Source: Escherichia coli
Lineage (GTDB): Bacteria > Pseudomonadota > Gammaproteobacteria > Enterobacterales > Enterobacteriaceae
DNA: 64,000 nt
Strand: one strand, 5' to 3'
NCBI RefSeq assembly: GCF_013315695.1
Contig: NZ_CP054353.1
A program made the translations under genes and the position numbers. Under the pieces are notes generated by a model. The model was not told the DNA's origin. It worked only from the letters and a program-made list of their open reading frames with translations, and did no database searches. Positions 42,307-53,045 of the stretch are shown here, piece by piece; the stretch's first letter is position 1, and each line of letters starts with the position of its first letter.

Positions 42307-43393
42307 TCTCCTTCAGTCGCGCCACGATAAGTGCCATTTCCCCTTCCGCCACCGTACGCGGATCAAGGCTAAAAACGCCCTGGTGGAGGTTATACCGCCG
42401 TGCATAAATCGCGATATCGCCACCACGCAGTTGCGCTTCGACGACGCGAGCGTCAACTCCCAATTCCTGCGCATTTACTCGAATACGAATACGCCAGATT
42501 GCACGCCCGGCTTCATCCTGCTCAATATCAGCCGTTAACCCGTGAATCGCAGAAATCGCTTCAACCACTGGCTGGAGCTGTTCCGCGGTGATGACTGCCT
42601 GCCCCTGGTGATAATTCTCCAGCGCGTAAACCAGCCCAACCATGTTCTCCTTGCCGATTTTCATCGCCTTGGCAATGCCGTGATGCTGCGCTTTGCAGGC
42701 TGCAATCCAGATTTTTTTACCAGTGATAAACCCGGAGGTCGGCGCGTTAAAGGCTTTTGCGCCGCTGTAGACCACCATATCCGCTCCACTCACCACCCAG
42801 GCACGTAAATCCTCTTCGGCGGCGGCATCGACAATCAGCGGCAGGTTGTACATCTGCGCGACATGTGCGAAGTCCTCGATGTTCAACATTCCCTTCTGCA
42901 CGCAGTGATGCGACTTCACATACAGCAGCGCGGCGGTCGCGTCGGTAATGGCACTCTCCAGCTGCCAGAGAGCCGCCAGGTTACTTGAACCCACCTCCAC
43001 AACGCGCCCGCCACCTAAGCGGATCGCGCTGAGGATCGATGCGCCGTAATCGACGTTATGGCCGCGCAGCATCACCACTTCATTGGCCATGCCGGAGCTA
43101 TCCGGCATGAGCGCCACCCGGGCCTTGTCGCCGCGGGTAATGGCGGCGGCGACAGCGATGGCGATCCCTGCTGAGGCACAGGAGGTAACGTAGCTATCCT
43201 CCGCCCCGGTAAAGCGAGAGACCAGCTCGCCGGTTTTGTCCACCAGCTGGTCAATCTCCACGAAAGAGGATGCCGCGCGCGCGGTGGCCTGCATCACCTC
43301 CAGCGCGACGCTGGAGACGCCGAGAATCGTCATCTTGCCGCAGGCGTTAATCACCTGTTTCAGTCCCAGTTGTTGATAGATATTCTGCGTCAT
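42284..43393 (-). CDS. SelA-like PLP-dependent enzyme, DgaE-like (369 aa)
   Basis: Product MTQNIYQQLGLKQVINACGKMTILGVSSVALEVMQA... resembles the SelA/DgaE fold family. Confidence 0.75.
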   Translation of the reverse strand: MTQNIYQQLGLKQVINACGKMTILGVSSVALEVMQATARAASSFVEIDQLVDKTGELVSRFTGAEDSYVTSCASAGIAIAVAAAITRGDKARVALMPDSSGMANEVVMLRGHNVDYGASILSAIRLGGGRVVEVGSSNLAALWQLESAITDATAALLYVKSHHCVQKGMLNIEDFAHVAQMYNLPLIVDAAAEEDLRAWVVSGADMVVYSGAKAFNAPTSGFITGKKIWIAACKAQHHGIAKAMKIGKENMVGLVYALENYHQGQAVITAEQLQPVVEAISAIHGLTADIEQDEAGRAIWRIRIRVNAQELGVDARVVEAQLRGGDIAIYARRYNLHQGVFSLDPRTVAEGEMALIVARLKEIADHAKD

Positions 43394-43396
43394 GGC

Positions 43397-44254
43397 TTAC
43401 AGCACTCCCAGCAGCGAGCAGACCACGCTCAACGCCACAATCGACAGCAGAATCGTGGTGTAACGCGGACCCTTTTTCACCAAATAGAAGTAGATGGCGA
43501 ACACTGCCGCCAGCGGCAGCAGGCCGGGCGCGATGGAGTCCAGAATCTGCTGTACCACCACTTCAGAGCCTTTCAGTGCGCTAATTTTTAAAGGTGAGGT
43601 TATCTTGACAAAGCTCGCGGATAGCGCGCCCATCATGATAAGCCCCAGTACATTAGCGCCGTAGATAAGCTCCTTGATGCGCCCCCCCTGCAGCAGGCTG
43701 ATAATCGAATCGCGCCCCAGCGTATAGCCCTTGTGCACCATGCCGTAGCTGATTGCCAGCGTAATCGCCGGGTAGAGAATCAGCGGCAAAATACCGCCCA
43801 TCGCGCTGCCATTGGCGGCGAACGGGATAAAAATAGCAATCAACAGCGGCATCACGGCCGCCCAGATGATGGAGTCGCCCATTCCGGCCAGCGGCCCCAT
43901 CAGGCCGGTTTTAATCCCGGTGATAGAGGCATCGTTAATCGCCTCGCCGCGGGTCTTTTGCTCTTCCATGGCGATGGAGATCCCTTGGATCACCGCGCCA
44001 AACGTCTGCTCTGAGTTGAAGAAGTTCAGATGGCGTTTTAACGCCTCCACCTGCTCCTCCTTTTGCGGATAGAGCTTTTTAATAATCGGCGTCATCGAGG
44101 CGCAGAAAATCAGGCTCTGTAAACGCTCATATGAGCTGGAAACTTCCGCGCCAAGCCAGTAGATAAACCACGCTTTGGTGATATCCGCTTTGGTCAGCGC
44201 CCCGGACTCCCGCGCGCGCTCCACCAGTTCATGCTGCATTACGTCGCCGCTCAT
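43397..44254 (-). CDS. PTS mannose-family EIID component (285 aa)
   Basis: Membrane protein typical of ManZ-type IID. Confidence 0.85.
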   Translation of the reverse strand: MSGDVMQHELVERARESGALTKADITKAWFIYWLGAEVSSSYERLQSLIFCASMTPIIKKLYPQKEEQVEALKRHLNFFNSEQTFGAVIQGISIAMEEQKTRGEAINDASITGIKTGLMGPLAGMGDSIIWAAVMPLLIAIFIPFAANGSAMGGILPLILYPAITLAISYGMVHKGYTLGRDSIISLLQGGRIKELIYGANVLGLIMMGALSASFVKITSPLKISALKGSEVVVQQILDSIAPGLLPLAAVFAIYFYLVKKGPRYTTILLSIVALSVVCSLLGVL

Positions 44255-45003
44255 TATGCCGCTCCTTCATTTTTCGCCAGGCCTTTAATCAGGAAGGCCA
44301 CGCAGGTGCCGAAAATCGCCATCGCCATGATGTCCACCTTGAGGTACAGCACCGCGAAGAATCCGCCGATAAACCACGGCAGTAGGCTCTTTTTACCAAT
44401 CACCATAATGGTGATGGCGAAGCCCAGCGCCGGGAGAATCCCGCCCATGATTTCAAACGAGTGGGTCAGCCAGTGCGGCATCAGCTTGAGGAAACTTTCC
44501 ACTACGTTCTGGCCGAAGTAGTTGGCGGCGAACACCACTGGGAAACGTAGCACCAGCCCCAGCAGCGCCGGGTAGAGAAAGGCGCAGCGCATAATGGCTG
44601 ATATATTGGCCGTTTCCGCGTGTTTATCGGCCATATGCACCCAGGCCGCATTTAGCGTGCGACGCAACTGGTCGAGGAATACGCCGATAACGCCAAATGG
44701 AATCGCCAGTGCAATCGCCAGGTTCGGGTCCATATTGGCCTTAACGGCGATAGGAATGGCGATACAGGCCGCCAGCGCCGGGTCTGACGGCACATTGCCG
44801 CCTGGCGTTGAGGTCACACCCAGATATACCAACTGCATCCCCGCGCCGATAATCATCGCCGCAGGCATGTTGCCGAGCAGCAGGCCGACAAAGACTGCCA
44901 CCACCACTGGCTGTAACAGCATGGCGGAGAAGGTATAGCCAAGGCGCAACCGGGCAAACCAGTAATACAGCCCCATCAGGCTTGCAAAAAGTAAGGTATC
45001 CAT
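44254..45003 (-). CDS. PTS mannose-family EIIC component (249 aa)
   Basis: Polytopic membrane protein MDTLLFASLMGLYYWFARLRLGYTF... Confidence 0.85.
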   Translation of the reverse strand: MDTLLFASLMGLYYWFARLRLGYTFSAMLLQPVVVAVFVGLLLGNMPAAMIIGAGMQLVYLGVTSTPGGNVPSDPALAACIAIPIAVKANMDPNLAIALAIPFGVIGVFLDQLRRTLNAAWVHMADKHAETANISAIMRCAFLYPALLGLVLRFPVVFAANYFGQNVVESFLKLMPHWLTHSFEIMGGILPALGFAITIMVIGKKSLLPWFIGGFFAVLYLKVDIMAMAIFGTCVAFLIKGLAKNEGAA

Positions 45004-45028
45004 AATTTGTTATCCCATGTTCAGAGGG

Positions 45029-45514
45029 TCAGAATTTTTTCAGGATATCGTCCAGCGACTGCGGCTTATCTTCCGGGATGGTCTGGAAAACAGCCTTAAT
45101 GCCGCGACTTTTCAAATCGTTAAGAATGCCAACGTCTTTTTCATCCAGAGTTATGTTCTGGAACACCGCTTTACGGTTTGGCCCGCCGCCTAAGCCGCCA
45201 ACCTGAATATCAGCCACGTCAAAGCCCTGCTGCACCGCTTCCTGAATCGCCGCCAGCGACGGGAACAGCACCAGCACGTTGCCGTCGCCCAGCTGGTTCT
45301 CTTTCCACGCGGCCGCGAAGCTCTGGTTGCTGAAGCAGTCCACTTTGATATTCGGCGGCGCGGCCATCAGGTAGATATTTTTCATAAACGGATCGGCGTC
45401 CAGCTCGTCGCTGACCACCGCAATACGGTTGGCCTGGGATTGCCCCACCCACTTCGTCACCACCTGTCCGTGGATAAGACGGCTGTCAATGCGACATAAC
45501 ACGATGTTTGCCAT
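45029..45514 (-). CDS. PTS mannose-family EIIB component (161 aa)
   Basis: MANIVLCRIDSRLIHGQVVTKWVG..., the ManX IIB-domain signature with phosphorylatable His. Confidence 0.85.
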   Translation of the reverse strand: MANIVLCRIDSRLIHGQVVTKWVGQSQANRIAVVSDELDADPFMKNIYLMAAPPNIKVDCFSNQSFAAAWKENQLGDGNVLVLFPSLAAIQEAVQQGFDVADIQVGGLGGGPNRKAVFQNITLDEKDVGILNDLKSRGIKAVFQTIPEDKPQSLDDILKKF

Positions 45515-45524
45515 ACGATTTTCC

Positions 45525-45953
45525 TTACTGTTGTAATTGACGAATATGGGAGACGACGTCCAGGCAACTGTTGCGCCCAGCTTCCACCAGATCGGCCACG
45601 CAGGCGGTCAGTGGGCCATGTTCGCGCTTGTCCAGCGCCTCCAGCAGCAGCGAGGCATTAAGCCCGGAGATCACCGCCACCGGATAATCGGCGCTCAGCC
45701 GCGCCGCCACGTTAGAGGTGGTGCCGCCGATAAAATCGGTCACGATAAGAGAACCTTCTGGCATGGTTTTCACCACGGCTTCGACGCGCTGGTAAAACTC
45801 GCCCAGCGTATCGACAGGCATCAGCGCGATTTCCGTCACGCCTTCGATTTCGCCCATCACCATGCGCAGACTGTTGCAGAGCTGCAGCCCCCAGCCGCCG
45901 TGAGTTAGCAGCAGAATTTCAGGTAACGGATGAATAGGTACAGTTGTGGTCAA
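45525..45953 (-). CDS. PTS mannose-family EIIA component (142 aa), TTG start
   Basis: Product MTTTVPIHPLPEILLLTHGGWG...; RBS aaggagg 5 nt upstream of TTG. Confidence 0.8.
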   Translation of the reverse strand: MTTTVPIHPLPEILLLTHGGWGLQLCNSLRMVMGEIEGVTEIALMPVDTLGEFYQRVEAVVKTMPEGSLIVTDFIGGTTSNVAARLSADYPVAVISGLNASLLLEALDKREHGPLTACVADLVEAGRNSCLDVVSHIRQLQQ

Positions 45954-45992
45954 AATAGCCTCCTTTGCTCCAGTGTTTACATTTCATCAGGA

Positions 45993-46007
45993 GCAAAGGA
46001 CGTGCCA
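45993..46007 (-). promoter_or_regulatory. Sigma-54 (RpoN) -24/-12 promoter driving the PTS operon
   Basis: Minus strand reads TGGCAC-GTCCT-TTGC (perfect GG-N10-GC spacing) about 40 bp upstream of the EIIA start, downstream of the sigma-54 activator gene. Confidence 0.7.
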
Positions 46008-46071
46008 GAATTTGTGTCACGCACAGAGGAAATGAGATTGGATGGGGCGTTAAGCCCCGTAAACCAGGGGA

Positions 46072-48870
46072 TCAGCTGTAGAGCAGTTCGTAGATATAAA
46101 AATATTCTGCGTCCGATAAACGGATAGCGTAAGCCTCTTCAATCGGCAAAAAGGAGGATTTGATGACGCTAAAGGCACGAGCGTCCAGATCAAGCCGGTT
46201 TTCTAGCGCCATCTGTAACGGTTTGCGGTTAATCACGATACGCTCGACCATGCAGCAGCAGTGGATCAGAAAACGTAGTGTCACCTGGCGGCTCGGTTTC
46301 AGGGAGAGCGTGTTGGTTAAGTGGTTCAGAACGTCCTCGATCTCTTTCAGAATTCGCTGCGGGTTGAGCACCGAAATATGGTTGATGATGCTCTCCATGG
46401 TCAGCGCGCTGATAAAACGCATGGCGCTGCGCTCCATCTCCAGTCGGCGCTCGCTGCTTGAGAGATCCGGCGTCAGCAGGCTGAGCACCAGCTCTGGCCC
46501 TTGCTCGGAAAACAGTTCCTCCAGCGAGATAAACGGTATATCCGGCAGTCCCGGCTGGAAGGTGCCGACGATCCCTGCCAGCCGTTCACTGGCATTAAGC
46601 GCCTGCTGAATACGCTCCAGGCTGCGCACCTCGTTATAGTCGAGAATCACCATACGCGTGTCCTGCGACATCAGCTCGCCAAAGCTCTCCTCCAGCACCT
46701 TTTTGATCTTTTCCGCCGTCCCCATTCCGGTTATACATGAGATAACCAGCACTTTGCCACCGCTCTCTTGCTGCGGCGTGCAGAGCCGACAAGGGATATT
46801 TTTACTCTGCATAAGCACAGCCAATTGCGATAGATCGCCAGTTTCGTAGCTTAAATCCAGCCCCACCTCCAGCAGGCTGGTCAGAGTGATATTTGGCAAC
46901 AACAGAACGTCAATCTGGAACAGCTTGCTGATGGTGCTGCCAAAATGGACCAGCGATCCGATATCCACCATCAGTATCAGCCGCTGCCAGCACCGGTCCT
47001 GAATCATCCGGGTCAGGGTTTCCAGGGTGTCATGCACCGACTGCTCAAATGGCATATCAATTGCGTAGAACAGATCGCGCTCCAGCACCCGATTCACATA
47101 TTGCGCCTGGCTCGTTGCGGTGGTCGCACCGTGAGCGATTAGAATCACGCCGCAATCCGGGCTGGTGTCGATGCGCTGGCGGTAGTGGCGACACTCTTTC
47201 AGGAACAGGCACAGCCAGACCACCTCCGTCGCCGGGCACTGAATATGCAACAACTCATTGATTTTGCGGCACAGAAGTGTCGCATTGTCATACTCATCTT
47301 TACAGCGATCCAGAATCAGGCTGGATGAATAGAGTTGAGGTATAAGCCCTCGCCGCACATAGCCAATCAGCGCAAGAAAGTGTTTACGTAACGGGTTCGC
47401 CAGGTTTTCTGGCAATGTAAATCCTAATACCTGCTCCACGTAACCGATCAGCAGCGTCACACGCTCCTCAATTTGATCGCCATAGCGCGGTGGATGCGCC
47501 GCACTATGGCGGCTATAAAGACCATATTCAAAAATCGAACTGAGTTTGTTTTTCAGGATAGCCAGCGTTTCTGCGGGCGGCACGTTACTGTTGCGCAGAT
47601 TGACATATTCACGAGTCAGGAAACTGTAAAACAGGTCGCTCTCTTCTATTTCCGCGCTGGTCGCCAACGAATTTTTTAACGCGGGCAACGTACGCGCATC
47701 CACGTTCAGACGATCTTTACCACCAAACAACGCATCGACCAGCAGACGCTGCTCTGGCGTGGTATTAAACGACATCTCCGCCAGTCGTTTATCTAACTCT
47801 AGCGTATCATTACGCTCGGTCATTCCCGACGCCCACGCCTGCGCGCACAAGAACTGAATATCACTTTTAAGCTGGCCGATATTGCCTTCCAGGGATTTAC
47901 TTAACAACCAATGCAAGAGCGTTTTATCAAGGCTTATGGTACGTTCAATTTTACGACTTTCACGCTGAAAGAAGCTTACAATCAATTCGAGCTGCTCCTC
48001 GACCGAACGCTGGCGAATACCCGGTAAGTCAATACATACCTGGATACGCCGCTGGAAGGTACGCAATAGTGCCGAGTTGACCGACTCTGTAGTGGCGCAA
48101 ATAAGGCGCACCGAAATTGAATATGTTGGCCCACTTGAACCAAGTGGGCGGTATTCACCTTTATCGAGAATAGAAAAGAGCTTCTCTTGTCCTTCGTACG
48201 GGAGGCGATGCACTTCATCCAGAAGTAAATAGCCTCCGTCAGCTTGCTCCACCAATCCCGTTTTATTCTCACTTGCCCCGGTAAATGCCCCCTTATGGTG
48301 ACCAAACAGATGTGAGGAAAGCAACTCCGGATTATGAGCATATTCGGCACAGTTAAAGTAAACCAACGGAGGTAGCGAACCTATGGTGTGCTTGCAAGCG
48401 AAGCAATGCATTAACTCAGCAAAGAATGTTTTGCCAACACCAGATGCCCCGGTTAACAGCACATGTAGTCCGTGGGGATAGAGCACCGCTGCGCGGCCTT
48501 TTTCTACCGCATCACGGAGACTACGGTCGTATCCGATAAGTCCGGAAAACGGATCATCATCTGTATATTTTTCTTTCTTTGGCAATAAACTAGCCACTGA
48601 ATGAACTATGCATTCGCAATCATCCAGTTTTCGATTAATGAGCAATTCTAGTGCGTGACGATGTAGAAAAAAAACAGGACGTCCCTGACTTTTTACCACC
48701 AGGCCTTCATTCCATAATTGATTAAGATCTTTACTAACCGAGTTGCGTGCCAGCCCAAGGTTAAAACCAATCGCCTCAGCAGTAAATGCTTTCTCCTTCG
48801 CTAAATCAGACAGTTCCAGCCCATACGTCAGCCGCTCCAGCTCCTTGTGAATAACATCAATCCGTCTCAT
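46072..48870 (-). CDS. Sigma-54-dependent LevR/DgaR-like activator with AAA+ and PRD/EIIA-type regulatory domains (about 932 aa)
   Basis: Walker A GASGVGKT, GAFTGA motif (HHKGAFTGAS); first ATG (MRRIDVIHKE...) chosen, GTG 14 codons upstream also possible. Confidence 0.85.
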   Translation of the reverse strand: MRRIDVIHKELERLTYGLELSDLAKEKAFTAEAIGFNLGLARNSVSKDLNQLWNEGLVVKSQGRPVFFLHRHALELLINRKLDDCECIVHSVASLLPKKEKYTDDDPFSGLIGYDRSLRDAVEKGRAAVLYPHGLHVLLTGASGVGKTFFAELMHCFACKHTIGSLPPLVYFNCAEYAHNPELLSSHLFGHHKGAFTGASENKTGLVEQADGGYLLLDEVHRLPYEGQEKLFSILDKGEYRPLGSSGPTYSISVRLICATTESVNSALLRTFQRRIQVCIDLPGIRQRSVEEQLELIVSFFQRESRKIERTISLDKTLLHWLLSKSLEGNIGQLKSDIQFLCAQAWASGMTERNDTLELDKRLAEMSFNTTPEQRLLVDALFGGKDRLNVDARTLPALKNSLATSAEIEESDLFYSFLTREYVNLRNSNVPPAETLAILKNKLSSIFEYGLYSRHSAAHPPRYGDQIEERVTLLIGYVEQVLGFTLPENLANPLRKHFLALIGYVRRGLIPQLYSSSLILDRCKDEYDNATLLCRKINELLHIQCPATEVVWLCLFLKECRHYRQRIDTSPDCGVILIAHGATTATSQAQYVNRVLERDLFYAIDMPFEQSVHDTLETLTRMIQDRCWQRLILMVDIGSLVHFGSTISKLFQIDVLLLPNITLTSLLEVGLDLSYETGDLSQLAVLMQSKNIPCRLCTPQQESGGKVLVISCITGMGTAEKIKKVLEESFGELMSQDTRMVILDYNEVRSLERIQQALNASERLAGIVGTFQPGLPDIPFISLEELFSEQGPELVLSLLTPDLSSSERRLEMERSAMRFISALTMESIINHISVLNPQRILKEIEDVLNHLTNTLSLKPSRQVTLRFLIHCCCMVERIVINRKPLQMALENRLDLDARAFSVIKSSFLPIEEAYAIRLSDAEYFYIYELLYS

Positions 48871-49087
48871 TTCTTTACCGCTTAAAAAACAATAGTTGTT
48901 CAGAACATACACTATTTGTAAACGTAAGAATGAGAACTACCGGGAAGAATTAATGTTCCTTGTGGCAATCTGGTTTCTGAATATTCGTGTTTTAAATATT
49001 ACTTATGGTCTGAAACAACCAGGCAGGTGAACAGAGCTAAGAAAAAGTCGCGTAGAAATATAAAAACATATATCGCACTGATGAATG

Positions 49088-49116
49088 TTTCCCGGCATGA
49101 CATACACACCGGGAAA
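49088..49116 (-). terminator. Hairpin downstream of speB (possible terminator, weak U-tract)
   Basis: tttcccgg catgacatacaca ccgggaaa inverted repeat just past speB stop. Confidence 0.3.
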
Positions 49117-49127
49117 TATTTAGTAAA

Positions 49128-50048
49128 TTACTCGCCCTTTTTCGCCGCCTGAATATACAGCATTTCCAGCGCCAGCGTCGCCGCAGCCAGAGCGGTGATT
49201 TCCGACTGATCGTATGCCGGAGCCACTTCCACTACGTCCATCCCAACAATGTTGAGATCTTTCAGGCCGCGTACCAGTTTAATAGCGCGATCGGAGGTCA
49301 GGCCGCCAATTACTGGCGTACCGGTTCCCGGCGCGAAAGCAGGATCCAGGCAGTCGATATCAAAGGTCAGGTAAACCGGCATATCACCTACAATCTGTTT
49401 CACCTGAGCGATAACGTCATCCACGCTGCGATCGTTCACCTGGCAGGCGTCCAGCACGGTAAAACCGTTGTCTTTATCAAACTCGGTACGAATACCAATC
49501 TGCACGGAATGATTCGGGTCGATCAGACCTTCTTTCGGCGCGGTATAGAACATGGTGCCGTGGTCAAATTCACAACCGTTCGCATAGGTGTCGGTGTGGG
49601 CGTCAAAGTGTACCAGCGCCATTTTGCCGAAATGCTTCGCATGAGCACGCAGCAGCGGCAGCGTAACAAAGTGGTCACCACCGAAGGAGAGCATACGCTT
49701 ACCGGCAGCCAGCAGCTTCTCGGCGTGCGCCTGCAGCTTCTCGCTCATCTCACGGGCATCGCCGAAGGCATATACCAGATCGCCGCAGTCCACGACGTTC
49801 AGGCGCTCACGCATGTCGAAATTCCACGGGAAGCGATTGTGTTCCCAGGCCAGATTCGTCGAAACCTGACGGATCGCTGCCGGACCGTGGCGACCACCCG
49901 CACGACCAGAAGTGGCCATATCGAACGGCACGCCAGTAATCACCCAGTCAGCATCGCTGTCATATGGCTGGAAGTTCATCGGCAGGCGTAAAAAACCAAA
50001 GGCGTTGGAAACCAGTGAGTTATCGTATTGATGACCTAAGGTGCTCAT
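49128..50048 (-). CDS. speB: Agmatinase (306 aa)
   Basis: ORF product [45 protein letters not shown]... Confidence 0.97.
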   Translation of the reverse strand: MSTLGHQYDNSLVSNAFGFLRLPMNFQPYDSDADWVITGVPFDMATSGRAGGRHGPAAIRQVSTNLAWEHNRFPWNFDMRERLNVVDCGDLVYAFGDAREMSEKLQAHAEKLLAAGKRMLSFGGDHFVTLPLLRAHAKHFGKMALVHFDAHTDTYANGCEFDHGTMFYTAPKEGLIDPNHSVQIGIRTEFDKDNGFTVLDACQVNDRSVDDVIAQVKQIVGDMPVYLTFDIDCLDPAFAPGTGTPVIGGLTSDRAIKLVRGLKDLNIVGMDVVEVAPAYDQSEITALAAATLALEMLYIQAAKKGE

Positions 50049-50069
50049 GGATGGACTCCTATTACAAAG

Positions 50070-50115
50070 TCGATATAAAAAAACCCTTCCGCGTCGTTAG
50101 GCCCGACGAGGAAGG
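50070..50115 (-). terminator. Intrinsic terminator downstream of the lipoprotein gene
   Basis: Hairpin cccttccgcgtcg ttaggc ccgacgaggaaggg preceded on plus strand by A7 (U7 on minus transcript). Confidence 0.55.
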
Positions 50116-50183
50116 GTTGGATTTGCGAAACACAAGTTTGCGCTAATTATCGCCTTAAATGGACGAGGCATCAAGCGAGGTTG

Positions 50184-50915
50184 CTATTTCCGACACGGTG
50201 GCGGCGCATAGCCATTGTTGTCCGCCGGAAAGGCTTGTCCAGAGCACGGCGGCAGCGCGTTTTGCGCCGGGCCTTGTAATTCAAAGGCGGCAAAGCCGAT
50301 TACACCGGTATTACGCACATCGCCTTGCGCCGAATTGGCTGCGTAGGAATCAGCAACGTTGGCGAACTGAAAAGCCGCTTCGGTATGTTTATCTTTGCGG
50401 AATCCTTTAATCGCTAACGAATCTCCGGCATTCACAATATAGCCGTTGTTATTCAGCGAACCTTGCTTGCCGTTCAGCACATCCAGGCCATCAACCGTAG
50501 CAACGATCTCGTAGTTGGTATTACGACTGTAATTGCGGACATATAATTGATAATTCATTCCTACTCTGGCATGGACAATATAGCGTGGTTCATTATTGGA
50601 TGAATCATAAACCCGCGTAATAGGTAGAGAATTAAAATTACCATCGCGAATAGCATATTCCAGTTCGTTAATACGAATGCTATAAACGCGGTCGTAGCCC
50701 GAAGGAACAGTAGTCGAATAACTAATAACGATCATCTCTGCCGGATCGCGCCAGGCTCGCTCAGCAGATACGCCCTGAACCGATGAGTGCACATCCCCAC
50801 CCCAGGCGGTGCCGACATTGCCCGATGTACTGCTATTATACTGCGCATTACTGGAACAACCGGCCAGCAGCACGGCTAATGCTATCAACGCGCTACGTAC
50901 TTTCCATTTTTTCAT
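50184..50915 (-). CDS. Lipoprotein of unknown function (243 aa) between speB and speA
   Basis: Signal peptide plus lipobox MKKWKVRSALIALAVLLAGCSS; no family recognised by eye. Confidence 0.7.
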   Translation of the reverse strand: MKKWKVRSALIALAVLLAGCSSNAQYNSSTSGNVGTAWGGDVHSSVQGVSAERAWRDPAEMIVISYSTTVPSGYDRVYSIRINELEYAIRDGNFNSLPITRVYDSSNNEPRYIVHARVGMNYQLYVRNYSRNTNYEIVATVDGLDVLNGKQGSLNNNGYIVNAGDSLAIKGFRKDKHTEAAFQFANVADSYAANSAQGDVRNTGVIGFAAFELQGPAQNALPPCSGQAFPADNNGYAPPPCRK

Positions 50916-51000
50916 AACCGTTCCCTCTGCATTTAATTAATGCAGCGATTGTAGGGGGATTATTTAATAAGAAAAGCAGCTAAATTATTTTTAAGAATAT

Positions 51001-51043
51001 ATAAAAAGAAAGCGGGCCGATTTACGTAAATAAATCGACCCGC
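51001..51043 (-). terminator. Intrinsic terminator of speA
   Basis: Hairpin gcgggccgatttacgtaaataaatcgacccgc with flanking A-rich run on plus strand. Confidence 0.5.
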
Positions 51044-51060
51044 CAGCGGAATAATCTTAA

Positions 51061-53037
51061 TTATTCATCTTCAAGATAGGTATAACCGTACAAACCTGCC
51101 TCGAACTCTTCAAGGAACTGTTGTTGCAGTTCAGCATCAAGATCGGTTTTCTTCACTTGATCACGGAACTGGGTTAACAACGTTTTCGGATCGAGCTGTA
51201 CATATTGCAGCATATCCGCCACGGTATCGCCTTCGTCAGACAGTTCTACTTCTACGCTGCCGTCAGGGAAGACGAACACGTCAACCGCTTCGGTATCACC
51301 GAACAGGTTGTGCATGTTGCCGAGGATCTCCTGATATGCGCCGACCATGAAGAAACCGAGCATCGGCGGATTCTCTGGATCGTACTCCGGCATTGGCATT
51401 GTCGTGGCAATACCATCACCATCAATATAGTGATCAATAGCACCGTCAGAGTCACAGGTAATATCCAGCAGCACAGCGCGGCGTTCCGGCACTTGATCCA
51501 ACCCTTCCAGCGGCAGAACCGGGAACAACTGGTCGATCCCCCACGCATCCGGCATCGACTGGAACAGCGAGAAGTTGACGTACATTTTGTCCGCCATACG
51601 TTCCTGCAGCTCGTCGATAATCGGACGATGAGCACGGTTTTGCGGATCCAGCTGCTTTTGCACTTCATGGCACATGCTCAAATAAAGCTGCTCAGCCCAT
51701 GCGCGTTCTTGCAGGCTAAAGGTGCCGGAAGAGTAGCCGATATGAATATCGTGCAGATCCATCTGGCTGTCGTGTAACCATTCACGCAGAGAACGGCGAG
51801 TTCCCGGTTCGTGCATCTCCTGCCAGGTTTCCCACATGCTTTGCAGGGCGCGCGGTGCGTCTTCTGCAGGCGCGGTCGGCACCGTGTATTCGTTACGTTC
51901 CACGCCGATGATATTCGACACCAGCACGGTGTGATGCGCAGTCACCGCACGACCCGACTCGGTGATTACCGTCGGATGTGGCAGACCATTTTCTTCACAC
52001 GCATCACCAATCGCCCAGATGATGTTGTTGGCGTATTCATTGAGGCCGTAGTTCACCGAACAGTCGGACTGCGAACGGGTGCCTTCATAGTCCACGCCCA
52101 GACCGCCGCCGACGTCGAAGCACTGAATATTGACGCCCAGCTTGTGCAGCTCAACATAGAAACGCGCGGATTCACGAACGCCTGTCGCGATATCGCGAAT
52201 ATTCGCCATCTGCGAACCGAGGTGGAAGTGCAGCAGTTGCAGGCTGTCGAGACGCCCGGCTTCACGCAGCGTTTCAACCAGTTGCAGTACCTGAGTCGCC
52301 GCCAGGCCAAACTTCGATTTTTCCCCGCCGGAGGACTGCCATTTACCCGAGCCCTGCGAAGCCAGACGTGCACGCACGCCCAGACGAGGAACGACATTCA
52401 GACGTTCTGCTTCATCCAGCACAATGGCAATTTCTGACATCTTCTCAATGACCAGATAGACCTTGTGGCCCATCTTCTCGCCAATTAATGCCAGGCGGAT
52501 ATATTCGCGGTCCTTATAACCGTTGCAGACGATGACGCTACGGGTCATGCCAGCATGTGCCAGCACTGCCATCAACTCCGCTTTGGAACCGGCTTCCAGA
52601 CCCAGCGGTTCGCCCGAATGAATCAGGGACTCAATCACGCGACGGTGCTGGTTAACTTTGATCGGATAAACAAGGAAGTAATCGCCGTTATAGCCGTAGG
52701 ATTCCCGCGCACGTTTGAACGCGGCGTTAATGGAACGCAAACGGTGCTGCAGGATCTGTGGGAAACAGAACAGTGCAGGCAGACGCTGACCCTGTGCTTC
52801 GCGAGTTTTCACTAACTGCGCGAGATCGACGCGAGCTTCCGGGACGTCCGGGTCCGGGCACACGCTAATGTGGCCCAGCTCGTTAACGTCATAGTAGTTA
52901 TTGCCCCACCAGGCAATATTGTAAGTACGCAGCATCTTGCTGGCTTCCTGGGAGCTCATTGCAACCTCCTGCATGGAGCGTAGTACACCGTGTTCGCCCG
53001 CTGACGAAGGCAAACCCATAGACATGTCGTCAGACAT
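51061..53037 (-). CDS. speA: Biosynthetic arginine decarboxylase (658 aa)
   Basis: Internal start [45 protein letters not shown]... Confidence 0.97.
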
Positions 53038-53045
53038 AGCGAACC

